64,000 nt of DNA from Caloenas nicobarica (taxonomy: Eukaryota): NCBI RefSeq assembly GCF_036013445.1, contig NC_088282.1, forward strand, positions 133,631-197,630, written 5' to 3'. The position numbers were made by a program, and so were the translations under genes. Below are positions 54,700 to 64,000 of this stretch, one piece after another. Position 1 is the first letter of the stretch. Each line of letters opens with the position of its first letter. The notes under the pieces were generated by a model. The model worked only from the letters and a program-made list of their open reading frames with translations. It was not told where the DNA came from and ran no database searches.

Positions 54700-55060
54700 T
54701 ATATATATATATATAGGGACGCCAGGCCGCCTCACAAGATGGCGGCCCCGCGCGGGGCACGCTGGGAGTTGTAGTCCCGTCCCCCATTAACCCCAATGCG
54801 CCCCGGCCCTCGGCGGACTACAACTCCCAGCGTCCCCCGCGCGGGGCAACGGCGGCCGCCGCCACAAGATGGCGGGGGAGGCCGCGGTGCACGCTGGGAG
54901 TTGTAGTCCGCGCGTCCATTAAAACACACGGGGAGGGCGGGGCCGGAGGACTACACTTCCCGGCGTGCCCCGCGGGGGCGCATGCGCGCTGACTTCCGGC
55001 TCTCGGCGGGACCGGAAGAGAAAGGCGGAGAGAGGGAGTTGGGGGGGGTGCGCGCGTGGC
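54700..55060 (+). promoter_or_regulatory. SRRM2: SRRM2 CpG-island promoter with a duplicated YY1 plus ZNF143-SBS module, an NRF1 site and ETS sites.
   Basis: The YY1 site cacaagatggcgg occurs at 54733-54745 and 54863-54875. A ZNF143-type ACTACAAxTCCCAGCG motif occurs four times: 54761-54777 (reverse complement), 54817-54832, 54892-54909 (reverse complement) and 54951-54966. NRF1 gcgcatgcgcgc is at 54979-54990. ETS/GABP gacttccggc and accggaag are at 54991-55018. The module of about 130 bp is duplicated. Confidence 0.55.
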
Positions 55061-55160
55061 GTCGCCCTCTCGCGTCTCCGGGGGTTTTCTTTTATCTTTT
55101 TTTAATCTTTTTGAGGGAAAAAAGAGGCGAAAACTCCTCAAATCGGCGGCGGAGGAGCCG
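55000..55160 (+). other. SRRM2: Putative SRRM2 non-coding exon 1. The transcription start is uncertain.
   Basis: The donor gagccg|gtgagg lies at 55161, downstream of the promoter module. The next exon's acceptor, ccccccgcag at 58078-58080, is 15 nt before the ATG. Confidence 0.3.
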
Positions 55161-55169
55161 GTGAGGACC

Positions 55170-58060
55170 CCGGGGGGGGTTTTGGGTTTTTTTGGGGTTT
55201 TTTTTGGGGGGTTTTTGGGGATAGTTGGGCGTTGAGGCCCGCGCGGTGCGGGGAAAATGGCGGGTTGGGGGGAAAAAGGGCTAAAAAAGGGGTTTTTTTG
55301 GGGAAAAATGGGGTTTTATGAGGAAAAAAGGGGGGGTTATGAGGGAAAAATGGGGGTTTTGTGAGGAAAAGTGGGGGTTTCGTGGGGAAAAATGGGGGGT
55401 TGGGGGTGGGGGGAGGGGAATGGGGGGAAAAAGTGGCTTTTTTGGGGTTTTTTTTGAGGGGAAAAAGGGGGTTTTGGGGGTTTTGTGAGGGGGAAAGGGG
55501 GGGGGAGGGGGAAATGGGGTTTGGGGGAGTTTTGGGGTGAAAAAGTGGGATTTTGGGGGAGATTTGGGGAGAAAATGGGATTTTGGGGGAGATTTGGGGA
55601 GAAAATGGGATTTTGGGGCGAATTTTGAGGGAAAAAGTGGGTTTTGGGGGGAGATTTGAGGGAAAAAAGTGGGTTTTGGGGGGAGAAGGAAAGTTTTTTA
55701 AAGAGGATTTTTGAAGCAAAAAGGGTCTTTTCGTGGGAGGTTTTGAGGAAAAAAAGTGGGTTTTGGGGAAAAATATGAAGGTTTTGGGAGGAAAAAGAGG
55801 TTTTTTGGGGGTGATGAGGGAAAAAGGGCAATTTTGGGGAGTTTTGAGGGAAAAAAGTGGAGTTTTGGGAGGGGAAAAGTGGGAAGTTTTGAGGGAAAAG
55901 CGAATTTTGGGGGGAAAAAAGTGGTTTTGGGGTTTATGAAGGAAAATGTGGGGAGTTGTGAGGAAAAAAGTGGAATTTGGGGGTGAGTTTGAGGGGTAAA
56001 AGTGGCGTTTTGGGGCAGTTCTAAGGAGAAAAAAATGGGGGTTTTGGGAAAAATCGAAGTTTTTGGGGAAAGAAAATCAGGTTTGGGGGAAAAAAAAGAT
56101 GATTTTGGGGGAATTTTGAGGGGAAAAAGTGGTTTTTTGGGGGGTAATGAAGCGGAAAGGGGGTTTTGGGGCACTTTTTGAGGAGAAAAAGCCGTTTTTT
56201 GGGGTTGGAAGAGGCTGGGGGGGGGTGGGGGTGGGCGGGAAAAGGGGCAGTTTGGGGGGAAAAGAGGGAAAATTGGGCAAAATGGGGGAGGGGGGTGGGT
56301 TTGGGGGGAAATGGGGGAAAATTGGGAGGGAAATTGGGGGGAATTGGGAGGGAAATGGGGGAAATTGGGGTGCAAAGGGGGGGAAATTTGGGGGAAATGG
56401 GAGGAAATGGTGGGAATTTGGGGGGGAAATGGGGAAAATTTGGGGGGAAAATGGGGGAAATTGGGGCAAAATGGGGGAAATTGGGATGCAAAGGGGGAAA
56501 TTGGGAGGAAATGGGGAAAATTTGGGGGGAAAATGGGAAATTGGGGTGCAAATGGGGAAATTTGGGGGGGAAATGGGGGAAATTTGGGGGGGAAATGGGG
56601 GAAATTGGGGCAAAATGGGGGAAATTGGGATGCAAAGGGGGGGAAATTGGGAGGGGAAATTGGGAGGAAATGGGGGAAAATTGGGTGCAAATGGAAAATG
56701 GGGGAAATTGGGAGGGAAATGGGGGAAATTGGGGTGCAAAGTGGGGGAAATTTGGGGGAAATGGGAGGAAATGGTGGGAATTTGGGGCAAAATGGGGGAA
56801 ATTGGGAGGCAAAGGGGGGGAAATTGGGGCAAAATGGGGAAAATTTGGGGGGAAATGGGAGAAATTGGGGGGGAAATGGGGGTGCAAGGGGGTGGGAAAG
56901 GGGGAAATGGGGGCACAGGGTGGGCAGAAAAGGGGGGACATGGGGGTGGGACAAGGGGGTGCGGGGCGGGCTGGGGTGTAATAACGGAGGGTTTGGGGGG
57001 CGGGGAATGGGGAGAAATGGGGTGGGAGAAATTGGGGTGCAGGGAGGGGGGGAAAGGGGGAAAATGGGGCTGCAGGGAATGGGGAAAAGGGGGCGCGGGG
57101 GGTGGGAAATTGGGGTGCAGGGGATGGGAGAGGGGGAAAATGGGGGTGCGGGGCGGAGAGAAACTGGGGTGCAGAGGCAGAGAAAAGGGGGTGTGGGGGG
57201 AGAAAAGGGGGACATGGGGGTGCAGGGAAGGGCTGGGGGTGTAATAACGGGGGGTTTGGGGGGTGGGCAAAGGGGTTTTGGGGGGCAGGGGGTTTTGGGG
57301 GGCGGGCAGAGGGGTTTTGGGGGGCCGGGAGGTTTTGGGGGGCAGGCAAAGGGGTTTTGGGGGGCAGGCAAAGGGGTTTTGGGGGGCAGGCAAAGGGGTT
57401 TTGGGGGCCGGGGGATTTTGGGTGGTGGGGGTTTTGGGGGGCAGGCAAAGGGGTTTTGGGGGACTGGGGGTTTTGGGGGGCTGAGGGTTTTGAGGGGCAG
57501 GCAAACGGGTTTTGGGGGGCAGGAGGTTTTGGGGGGCAGGCAAAGGGGGTTTTGGGGGTGGGGGGTTTTGGGTGGTGGGGGTTTTGGGGGCCGGGCAAAG
57601 GGGTTTTGGGGGGCTGAGGGTTTTGAGGGGCAGGCAAAGGGGTTTTGGGGGACTGGGGGTTTTGGGGGGCTGAGGGTTTTGGGGGCAGGAGGTTTTGGGG
57701 GGCAGGCAAAGGGGGTTTTGGGGGTGGGGGGGTTTGGGTGGTGGGGGTTTTGGGGGGCAGGCAAAGGGGTTTTGGGGGGCAGGGGGTTTTGGGGGGCAGG
57801 CAGAGGGGGTTTTGGGGGGGGTTTGGGTGGTGGGGGTTTTGGGGGGCAGGCAAAGAGGGTTTTGGGGGGCAGGCAAAGAGGGTTTTGGGGGGCAGGCAAA
57901 GAGGGTTTTGGGGGGCAGGCAAAGGGGTTTTGGGGGCAGGCAAAGGGGTTTTGGGGGGCAGGGGTTTTGGGGGGCAGGCAAAGGGGTTTTGGGGGGCCGG
58001 GAGGTTTTGGGGGCAGGCAAAGGGGTTTTGGGGGACGAGGGTTCTGGGGGGCGGGGGGTG
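55170..58060. repeat. G-rich satellites of about 2.9 kb filling SRRM2 intron 1. GGGGTTTTGGGG-type, GGGAAATTGGGG-type and 30-bp GGGGCAGGCAAAGGGGTTTTGG units.
   Basis: Direct tandem arrays of G4-prone T4G4-like motifs. Confidence 0.85.
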
Positions 58061-58095
58061 GCTGACGCGTCCCCCCGCAGGGGGCTTTTGGGGCC

Positions 58096-58373
58096 ATGTA
58101 CAATGGGATCGGGCTGGCGACGCCGCGGGGCAGCGGCACCAACGGCTACGTCCAGCGCAACCTCTCGGCCCTGCGGGGCAAACGGGAACCCAGAACCGGC
58201 AGCACCGGGACCGGCAGCACCGGAGACCCCCCCGGGGGGGAGCAGGAGGAGCCGCGCAGGCTGGAGGCCGGGGGGCTGCTCCGCAAACCCAACCCCGACA
58301 TCCTCGACCACCAGCGCAAGAGGAAGGTGGAGCTGAAATGCCTGGAGCTGGCCGAGCTCATGGAGGAACAGGG
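58096..58373 (+). CDS. SRRM2: SRRM2 first coding exon. Encodes [35 protein letters not shown]...LLRKPNPDILDHQRKRKVELKCLELAELMEEQ(G).
   Basis: Matches human SRRM2 [28 protein letters not shown]...RPNPDILDHERKRRVELRCLELEEMMEEQG. ATG at 58096-58098, donor cagg|ggtgagc (GT at 58374). Confidence 0.85.
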
Positions 58374-58379
58374 GTGAGC

Positions 58380-59915
58380 GACCCGAAAACGGGCAGAAAC
58401 GGCCCAAAAATGTGCCCAAACGACCCGAAAATGTGCCCAGACGGCCCAGAAATGTGCCTACGTGGCCCAAAAATGTGCCCAGATGGCCCAGAAATGCACC
58501 CAAACAACCCGAAAATGTGACTAGACGGCCCAAAAACGTGACCAGGTGGCCCAAAAATGCGCCCAAAGAGCCCAAAAATGCGCCCAAAGAGCCCAAAAAT
58601 GTGCCCAGGTGGCCCGAAAATGTGCCTAGATGGCCCAGAAATGTGCCTACGTGGCCCAAAAATGTGACTGGACAGCCCAAAAATGTGCCCAAAGAGCCCA
58701 AAAATGTGCCTAGATGGCCCAGAAATGCACCCAAAGAGCCCAAAAATGTGCCCAGGTGCCCCAAAAAATGTGCCCCCCAAAAATCCCCTAAGTCCCCCCA
58801 AAATCCCCCCATATCCCCCCCCCCCAAAATTATTACATATTCCGAACTTTTCCTGTGTCCCCCAACTTCTGGATCCCCAAAACTCCCCCATACGCCCCCA
58901 AAACCCCTCTAGACCCTTCCAGCCCCCCAAAAATCCCCCCGTTCCCCCCCAAAAATTTTTCCAGCACCCCCCAAAAGCTTCATCTGGATCCTTTTCCTGC
59001 ATCCCTGAACTCTCGCACCCCCAAAACTCCCCCGTGTGCCCCAAAACCCCCTGTAGACCCCTCCAGCCCCCCCAAAATCCCCCCAGCACCCCAAAAATTC
59101 CCCCGGTCCCCCCCACATTCCCCCAACACCCCAAAAATCCCCGAAGTCCCCCCCCAAAATTCCCCCCATATTCTCCAAATAAATTACTATGCGTTCCGAA
59201 CTTCTCCCACGTCCCCAAACTTTTTGGCCCCCAAAACTCCCCCGTGTGTCCCCAAAACCCCCTCTAGACCCCCCCCAGCCCCCCAAAAATCCCCCCAGCA
59301 CCCCAAAAATCCCCCTGGTCCTCCCCAAATTCCCCCAACACCCCCAAATTCCCCCCACATCCCCAAAAACTTCACCTGGATCCTCCAAACTTTTCCTGCA
59401 TCCCCCAACTTCTGCGCCCCCAAAACTCCCCTGTGCGCCCCCAAATCCCCACCCTGCACCCCCAAAACCCCCTCTAGACCCCCCCAGCCCCCCCAAAATC
59501 CCCCCAGCCCCCCCAAACTTCCCCCGGTCCCCCCAAATTCCCTCCAGTCCCCCCAAAATCCCCCCATATTCCCCCCGCACTCTCCAAATAAATTACTACA
59601 AGTTCTGAACTTCTCCCGCGTCCCCAAACTTTTGGGCCCCCAAAACTCCCCCGTGCGCCCCCAAAACGCCCTCTAGACCCCCCCAGCCCCCCAAAAATAT
59701 CTCCCTGGTCCCCCCCAAATTCACCCAACACCCCCAAAAACTCCGCCTGGATCCTCCAAACTTTTCCTGCATCCCCCAACTTCTGCGCCCCCAAAACTCC
59801 CCTGTGCGCCCCCAAAACTCGCCCGTGTGCCCCCAAACCGCCTCCCTGCGCCCCCCAAACCCCCCCAGCCCCCCCAAAAATCCCCCCAGCCCCCCAAAAA
59901 CCCCCTTTTTTCCCC
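58380..59915. repeat. C-rich satellites in SRRM2 intron 2. A 30-bp unit CCCAAAAATGTGCCCAGATGGCCCAGAAATGTGC is followed by a unit of about 190 bp, CCCCAAAACTCCCCCGTGTGCCCCCAAAACCCCCTCTAGACCC.
   Basis: Direct tandem arrays. Confidence 0.85.
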
Positions 59916-59924
59916 CCCTCGCAG

Positions 59925-60023
59925 GTACACGGAGAGCGAAATCCAGGAGAAAGTCTCCACCTTCCGCACGATGCTGCTGGAGCGCGACGTGGCGCTGGCC
60001 GACCCGGCCGACCCCAAACCCGC
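59925..60023 (+). CDS. SRRM2: SRRM2 exon. Encodes (G)YTESEIQEKVSTFRTMLLERDVALADPADPKP(A).
   Basis: Matches human YEEQQIQEKVATFRLMLLEKDVNPGGKEETPGQRPA. Acceptor ctcgcag at 59924, donor ccgc|gtgagt. Confidence 0.8.
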
Positions 60024-60111
60024 GTGAGTTCCCCCCAAAAAACCCGCCCCCCGAACCCCCAAAAATCACTGATTACCGCCCCCTTCTTAACGAGCCGCGT
60101 GCCCTCGTTAG

Positions 60112-60267
60112 CGTGACGGAGACTCATCAGCTGGCGGAAGCTAACGAGAAGAAGAACGAGCGGCTGCGGGCGGCGTTCGGTATCAGCGACGCCTACGTGG
60201 ACGGCAGCTCCTTCGACCCCGCTCGCCGCGCCAAGGAGAACCCCCCGGAGCCCCCCGAGCCCCCCAG
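60112..60267 (+). CDS. SRRM2: SRRM2 exon. Encodes (A)VTETHQLAEANEKKNERLRAAFGISDAYVDGSSFDPARRAKENPPEPPEPP(R).
   Basis: Matches human AVTETHQLAELNEKKNERLRAAFGISDSYVDGSSFDPQRRAREAKQPAPEPPKPY. Acceptor cgttag at 60111, donor cccag|gtacgc. Confidence 0.85.
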
Positions 60268-60269
60268 GT

Positions 60270-61390
60270 ACGCATGGGGGGGGTCCCCAAAACTCCCCTG
60301 GACCCCCCAAAATTGTCCTGACCTCCCCAAAATTGTCCTGGACCCCCCAAAATTGTCCCCAGCCCCCCAAACCCACCGGAGTCCCGTCAAGCTCGTGTTA
60401 GTGTCTCCAACCTCCCTGATCCCCCCAAAACACACCTGAGCTCCCCCCAGAGCCCCCCAGGTACCCACAGGGGGAGATTTGGGGGTACGGGGGGGTCCCC
60501 AAAACCCACCTGACCCCCCTAATATTGTCCTGGACCCCCCAAAATTGTCTCGTGTCCCCCGAATGCCCCAGAGTCCCGTCAAGCTCTTGTTAGTGTCTCC
60601 AACCTCCCTGATCCTCCCAGGGAGGATTTGGGGGTACAGGGAGGTCCCCAAAACTCACCTGAGTCCCCCAAAAACCTTTAAGCCCCCCCAGGTACCTCCC
60701 AGGGCGCATTTAGGGGTACGGGGGGGTCCCCAAAAAGTCCCCCGAGCGCCCCCCAGGTGCCCATTGTGTGTGTGTGTGGGGATTTTGGGGTACAGGGGGG
60801 TCCCCCAAAACTCTTAATCCCCCTCAGGGATATATTGGGGTACAGGGGGGTCCCCATTCCCTCCTAGGGATATATTGGGGTGCGGGGGGGGTCCCCAAAC
60901 CCCCATAGGGATATATTGGGGTATGGGGGGGTCCCCAAACCCCCATAGGGATATATTGGGGTACAGAGGGGTCCCCATTCCTCCATAGGGATATATTGGG
61001 GTGCGGGGGGGTCCCCAAACCTCCATAGGGATATATTGGGGTACGGGGGGGTCCCCATTCCCCCATAGGGATATATTGGGGTACGGGGGGGGTCCCTAAA
61101 CCCCCCTAGGGATATATTGGGGTGCGGGGGGGGTCCCCAAACCTCCATAGGAATATATTGGGGTACAGGGGGGTCCCCAAACCTCCATAGGGATATATTG
61201 GGGTACGGGGGGGGTCCCTAAACCCCCATAGGGATATATTGGGGTGCGGGGGGGGTCCCCATTCCCCCATAGGATATATTGGGGTGCGGGGGGGGTCCCC
61301 ATTCCCCCATAGGGATATATTGGGGTACGGGGGGGGGGGTCCCCATCCCCCCTAGGGATATATTGGGGTGCGGGGGGGTCCCCAAAGCCC
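60270..61390. repeat. CCCCAAAATTGTCCTGGACC repeats of about 90 bp, then 30-bp CCATAGGGATATATTGGGGTACGGGGGGGTCC repeats.
   Basis: Direct tandem arrays in SRRM2 intron 4. Confidence 0.85.
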
Positions 61391-61416
61391 CTGACCCCCA
61401 TGTTTTGCGCCCCCAG

Positions 61417-61494
61417 CGCGGGGCGGGAGGACTCGAGCTCCCGGTCGCCGTCGCCCAAGCAGAAAAAGAAGAAAAAGAAGAAGGATCGGGGCAG
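61417..61494 (+). CDS. SRRM2: SRRM2 exon. Encodes (S)AGREDSSSRSPSPKQKKKKKKKDRG(R).
   Basis: Matches human SLVRESSSSRSPTPKQKKKKKKKDRGR. Acceptor cccccag at 61416, donor ggcag|gtgagg. Confidence 0.8.
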
Positions 61495-61619
61495 GTGAGG
61501 GCGATTCGGGGCCAAAAAGGAGCATTTTGGGGCCGGGGGGGGCGGAAAAAGGGGGTTTTGGGGAGGAAAAGGGGGTTTTGGGGGGTGTTTTGGCCCCATG
61601 GAATCTGTGGGTCCCGCAG

Positions 61620-61673
61620 GTCGGCCAGTCGCTCCGGGGAGAGGAAGAAAAGCTCCAAGAAGAAGAAACACAG
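61620..61673 (+). CDS. SRRM2: SRRM2 exon. Encodes (R)SASRSGERKKSSKKKKH(R).
   Basis: Matches human RSESSSPRRERKKSSKKKKHR. Acceptor cccgcag at 61619, donor cacag|gtagga. Confidence 0.8.
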
Positions 61674-61679
61674 GTAGGA

Positions 61680-61910
61680 TCTGTGGGGCACGATCTATGG
61701 GGCGGGATCTATGGGTCAGGATCCATAGGGCAGGTCTATAGGGTGGGATCTGTGGGTCAGGATCCATAGGGTGGGATCTACGGGGTGGGATCTACGGGTC
61801 AGATTTACAGGCGGGATCTATGGGGCGGGATCTATGGGGCAGGATCTATGGGGCAGGATCTATAGGGCAGATTTCTTAGTGGGATCTATGGGGCGGGATC
61901 TATGGGGCCG
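61680..61910. repeat. GGGATCTATGGGGCG 15-bp repeats.
   Basis: gatctgtggggcacgatctatggggcgggatctatgggtcaggatccatagggcag repeated. The motif is shared with the MAZ and TAOK2 intron arrays. Confidence 0.85.
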
Positions 61911-61937
61911 CCCCTCACCCCCATTTCGCCCCCCCAG

Positions 61938-61970
61938 GTCGGAGTCGGAGGCCAAGAAGCGGAAGCACCG
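61938..61970 (+). CDS. SRRM2: SRRM2 micro-exon. Encodes (R)SESEAKKRKH(R).
   Basis: Matches human SESESKKRKHR. Acceptor cccccccag at 61937, donor accg|gtgagg. Confidence 0.75.
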
Positions 61971-62094
61971 GTGAGGGGGGGGGGGTGTCGGATTTTGGGG
62001 GGATTTGGGGGGATTTGGGGGTCGGTGGTGACGTCACTGCTGACGTCACTGCTGACGTCACCGCTGACCTCCCGCTGACGTCATCTCCCCCCAG

Positions 62095-62145
62095 CTCTCC
62101 CAGCCCCAAGAGCAAACATAAGGCCAAGGAGAAGAAGCGCAAGAG
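62095..62145 (+). CDS. SRRM2: SRRM2 exon. Encodes (R)SPSPKSKHKAKEKKRK(R).
   Basis: Matches human SPTPKSKRKSKDKKRKR. Acceptor ccccccag at 62094, donor aagag|gtgaga. Confidence 0.75.
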
Positions 62146-62149
62146 GTGA

Positions 62150-63250
62150 GACCCCCCACTGTCCCCCCTGTGTCCCCCAATGTCCCCCTGTGTCCCCCCA
62201 ATGTCCTCGTTGTGTCCCCCCCAATGTCCCCCAATGTGTCCCCCCCATGTCCCCCTGTGTCCCCCAATGTCCTCGTTGTGTCCCCCCTGTGTCCCCCCCA
62301 CGTTCCCCCATGTCCCCAGTGCGTCCCCATTATGTCCCCCCGTGTCCCCCGCCATGTCCCCCCATGTGTCCTCTCAGTGTCCCCGTTGTGTCCCCCCATG
62401 GTGTCCCCCAGTGTCCCCATTGTGTCTCCCCCATTGTCCCCCATGTCCCCATTGTGTCCCCCCATTGTGTCCCCCCGTGTCCCCATTATGCCCCCACTGT
62501 GTCCCCCCATGTCCCCATTGTCCCCCCACATTGTGCCCCCTCCATGTCCCCATGGTGTGGCCCCCCTATGTCCCCATTGTGGCCCCCCCCATTGTATGTC
62601 CCATGTCCCCATTGCGTCCCCATTGTCTGTCCCCATTGTGTGTCCCCCCCATGTCCCCATTGTGTGTCCCCCCATGTCCCCATTGCCCCCCACATTGTGT
62701 GTCCCCCCATGTCCCCATTGTCCCCCACATTGTGTCCCCCCCATGTCCCCATGGTGTGTCCCTTCATGTCCCCATTGTGTCCCCATTGTGTCCCCCACTG
62801 TGTCCCCCCATGTCCCCATTGTGGCCCCCCCCATTGTATGTCCCATGTCCCCATTGCGTCCCCATTGTCTGTCCCCATGGTGTGTCCCCCCGTGTCCCCA
62901 TTGCCCCCCACATTGTGTGTCCCCCCGTGTCCCCATGGTGTGTCCCCCCATGTCCCCATGGTGTGTCCCCCCGTGTCCCCATTGCCCCCCACATTGTGTC
63001 CCCCCCATGTCCCCATGGTGTGTCCCCCCCATGGTGTGTCCCCCCCATGGTGTGTCCCCCATGTCCCCATTGTCCCCCCGCATTGTCCCCCTGCATTGTC
63101 CCCCCGCATTGTGTGTCCCCCCACGTCCCCATTGTGTGTCCCCCCACGTCCCCATTGCCCCCCACGTTGTGTCCCCCCACATTGTGTCCCCCCATGTCCC
63201 CATGGTGTGTCCCCCCCATTGTGCCCCCCCATTGTCCCCCATGTCCCCCG
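62150..63250. repeat. C-rich minisatellite of about 24 bp, CCCCATTGTGTCCCCCCATGTC.
   Basis: A direct tandem array in SRRM2 intron 8. It creates the long TVSP-rich pseudo-ORFs. Confidence 0.85.
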
Positions 63251-63259
63251 TGCCCCCCC

Positions 63260-63361
63260 AGGCTCACCGTCCCCGTCCCGCCCCCCAGATCCACCAGCGA
63301 ATCAGCTTCCCAGAAGAGCCGCCGCGAGGACGGCCCCTCCTCCTCAGGCTCCTCCCCCTCC
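63260..63361 (+). CDS. SRRM2: SRRM2 exon. Encodes (R)LTVPVPPPRSTSESASQKSRREDGPSSSGSSPS(R).
   Basis: Matches human SRSTTPAPKSRRAHRSTSADSASSSDTSRSRS. Acceptor cccccccag at 63259, donor cccg|gtaagt. An alternative in-frame acceptor ccccccag sits 27 nt downstream at 63286. Confidence 0.6.
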
Positions 63362-63442
63362 CGGTAAGTCCCGCCCCCCGCCCCCCAACCCCCCCCCGCC
63401 CCCCAGACCCCCCAAAAACCGACCCCCCCGTCCCCCCCGCAG

Positions 63443-63488
63443 GTCCCAGCGCCAGGAGGAGGAGCCGGCGCCGCCCCCCGCACCCCAG
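63443..63488 (+). CDS. SRRM2: SRRM2 small exon. Encodes (R)SQRQEEEPAPPPAPQ.
   Basis: In phase with its neighbours. Acceptor cccgcag at 63442, donor cag|gtgagc at 63489. Confidence 0.5.
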
Positions 63489-63607
63489 GTGAGCGCCGGG
63501 GGGGCCGGGACCACCCCCATCGCCCCCAAAAATCCCCTTTTTTCACCTCATTTCTTCTATCTCTTTTTGGTTTTTTTTTTGTTTTGTTTTGTTTCGTTTT
63601 CCCCCAG

Positions 63608-64000
63608 GGGGAGCCGCAGCCGCAGCCGCAGCCCAACCCCCCCCCGGCGGCCCCGGACCCGCCCGTGAGCCCCGCCCCCCCCGCCGCCCCTCCCCCCACC
63701 ACCGCCGCCCCCTCCCCTCCCCCGCCGCCCCCACCCCCCCCGCCGCCCCCTCCCCCGCCCCCAAAACCCCCACCCCCCCCCGCGACCCCTCCCCCACCCC
63801 CCCCCCAAAACGCTCGCGGGCCGGGGGAGGGGGGGGACGCCGCTCCCCCTCCCCCTCCCCCCCTATATCGCGACGGAACCGCTCGCCCTCCCCCGTATCG
63901 CGACGCAACCGCTCGCCCTCCCCGGTATCGCGACGCAACCGCTCGCCCTCGTCGCGCCGGAACCGCTCGCCCTCCCCGGTATCGCGCCGCAACCGCTCGC
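63608..64000 (+). CDS. SRRM2: Start of the large proline/arginine-rich SRRM2 exon, truncated by the window end. Encodes GEPQPQPQPNPPPAAPDPPVSPAPP...PPYRDATARPPRYRDATARP.
   Basis: The frame stays open from the acceptor cccccag at 63605-63607 to the window end. The proline-rich and YRDATARP-repeat composition fits the giant RS-domain exon of SRRM2. Confidence 0.4.

Noticed and set aside
55698-58827. ORFs of 814, 916 and 640 aa on the minus strand opposite SRRM2 intron 1.
   Set aside because: They are proline-rich translations of the G-rich satellite's complement, with no domain signal. They lie inside an intron of a well-supported gene.
63287-63361. Shorter version of an SRRM2 exon, using the acceptor at 63286.
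   Set aside because: Both acceptors are in frame. The longer form (63260) reproduces the human SRSTTPAPK segment better. The shorter form is kept only as a possible alternative 3' splice site.

Overview
This 64 kb window is vertebrate nuclear DNA, not prokaryotic. It is extremely GC-rich and looks like an avian-type microchromosome. It holds seven compact protein-coding genes, identified by exon-by-exon similarity to well-known human proteins and by canonical GT/AG splice sites: MAZ 3' end (+), INO80E (-), PAGR1 (-), TAOK2 (+), CDIPT (+), MFAP4 (-) and the 5' part of SRRM2 (+). Almost every intron and intergenic spacer is filled by its own tandem repeat array, about 45 distinct satellites or minisatellites with units from 9 to 250 bp and strong G/C strand asymmetry. 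Several arrays are tandem copies of recognisable transcription-factor motifs: YY1, USF E-box, NF-Y CCAAT, Sp1 GC-box and CRE. I found no rRNA, tRNA, CRISPR array or prokaryotic operon. The long ORFs in the six-frame track that lie inside repeats are low-complexity artefacts. Exon coordinates are given to the base where the sequence fixes them, and the exon features are the load-bearing annotation. The main findings are: a YY1-site array inside INO80E; inverted repeat arrays flanking a MAZ exon; an E-box array at the convergent MAZ/INO80E 3' ends; a TAOK2 locus that lacks its coiled-coil exons and carries a coding minisatellite in its tail exon; a decoy duplicate of a TAOK2 exon; TAATTA clusters flanking CDIPT; and a duplicated ZNF143/YY1/NRF1 promoter module for SRRM2.
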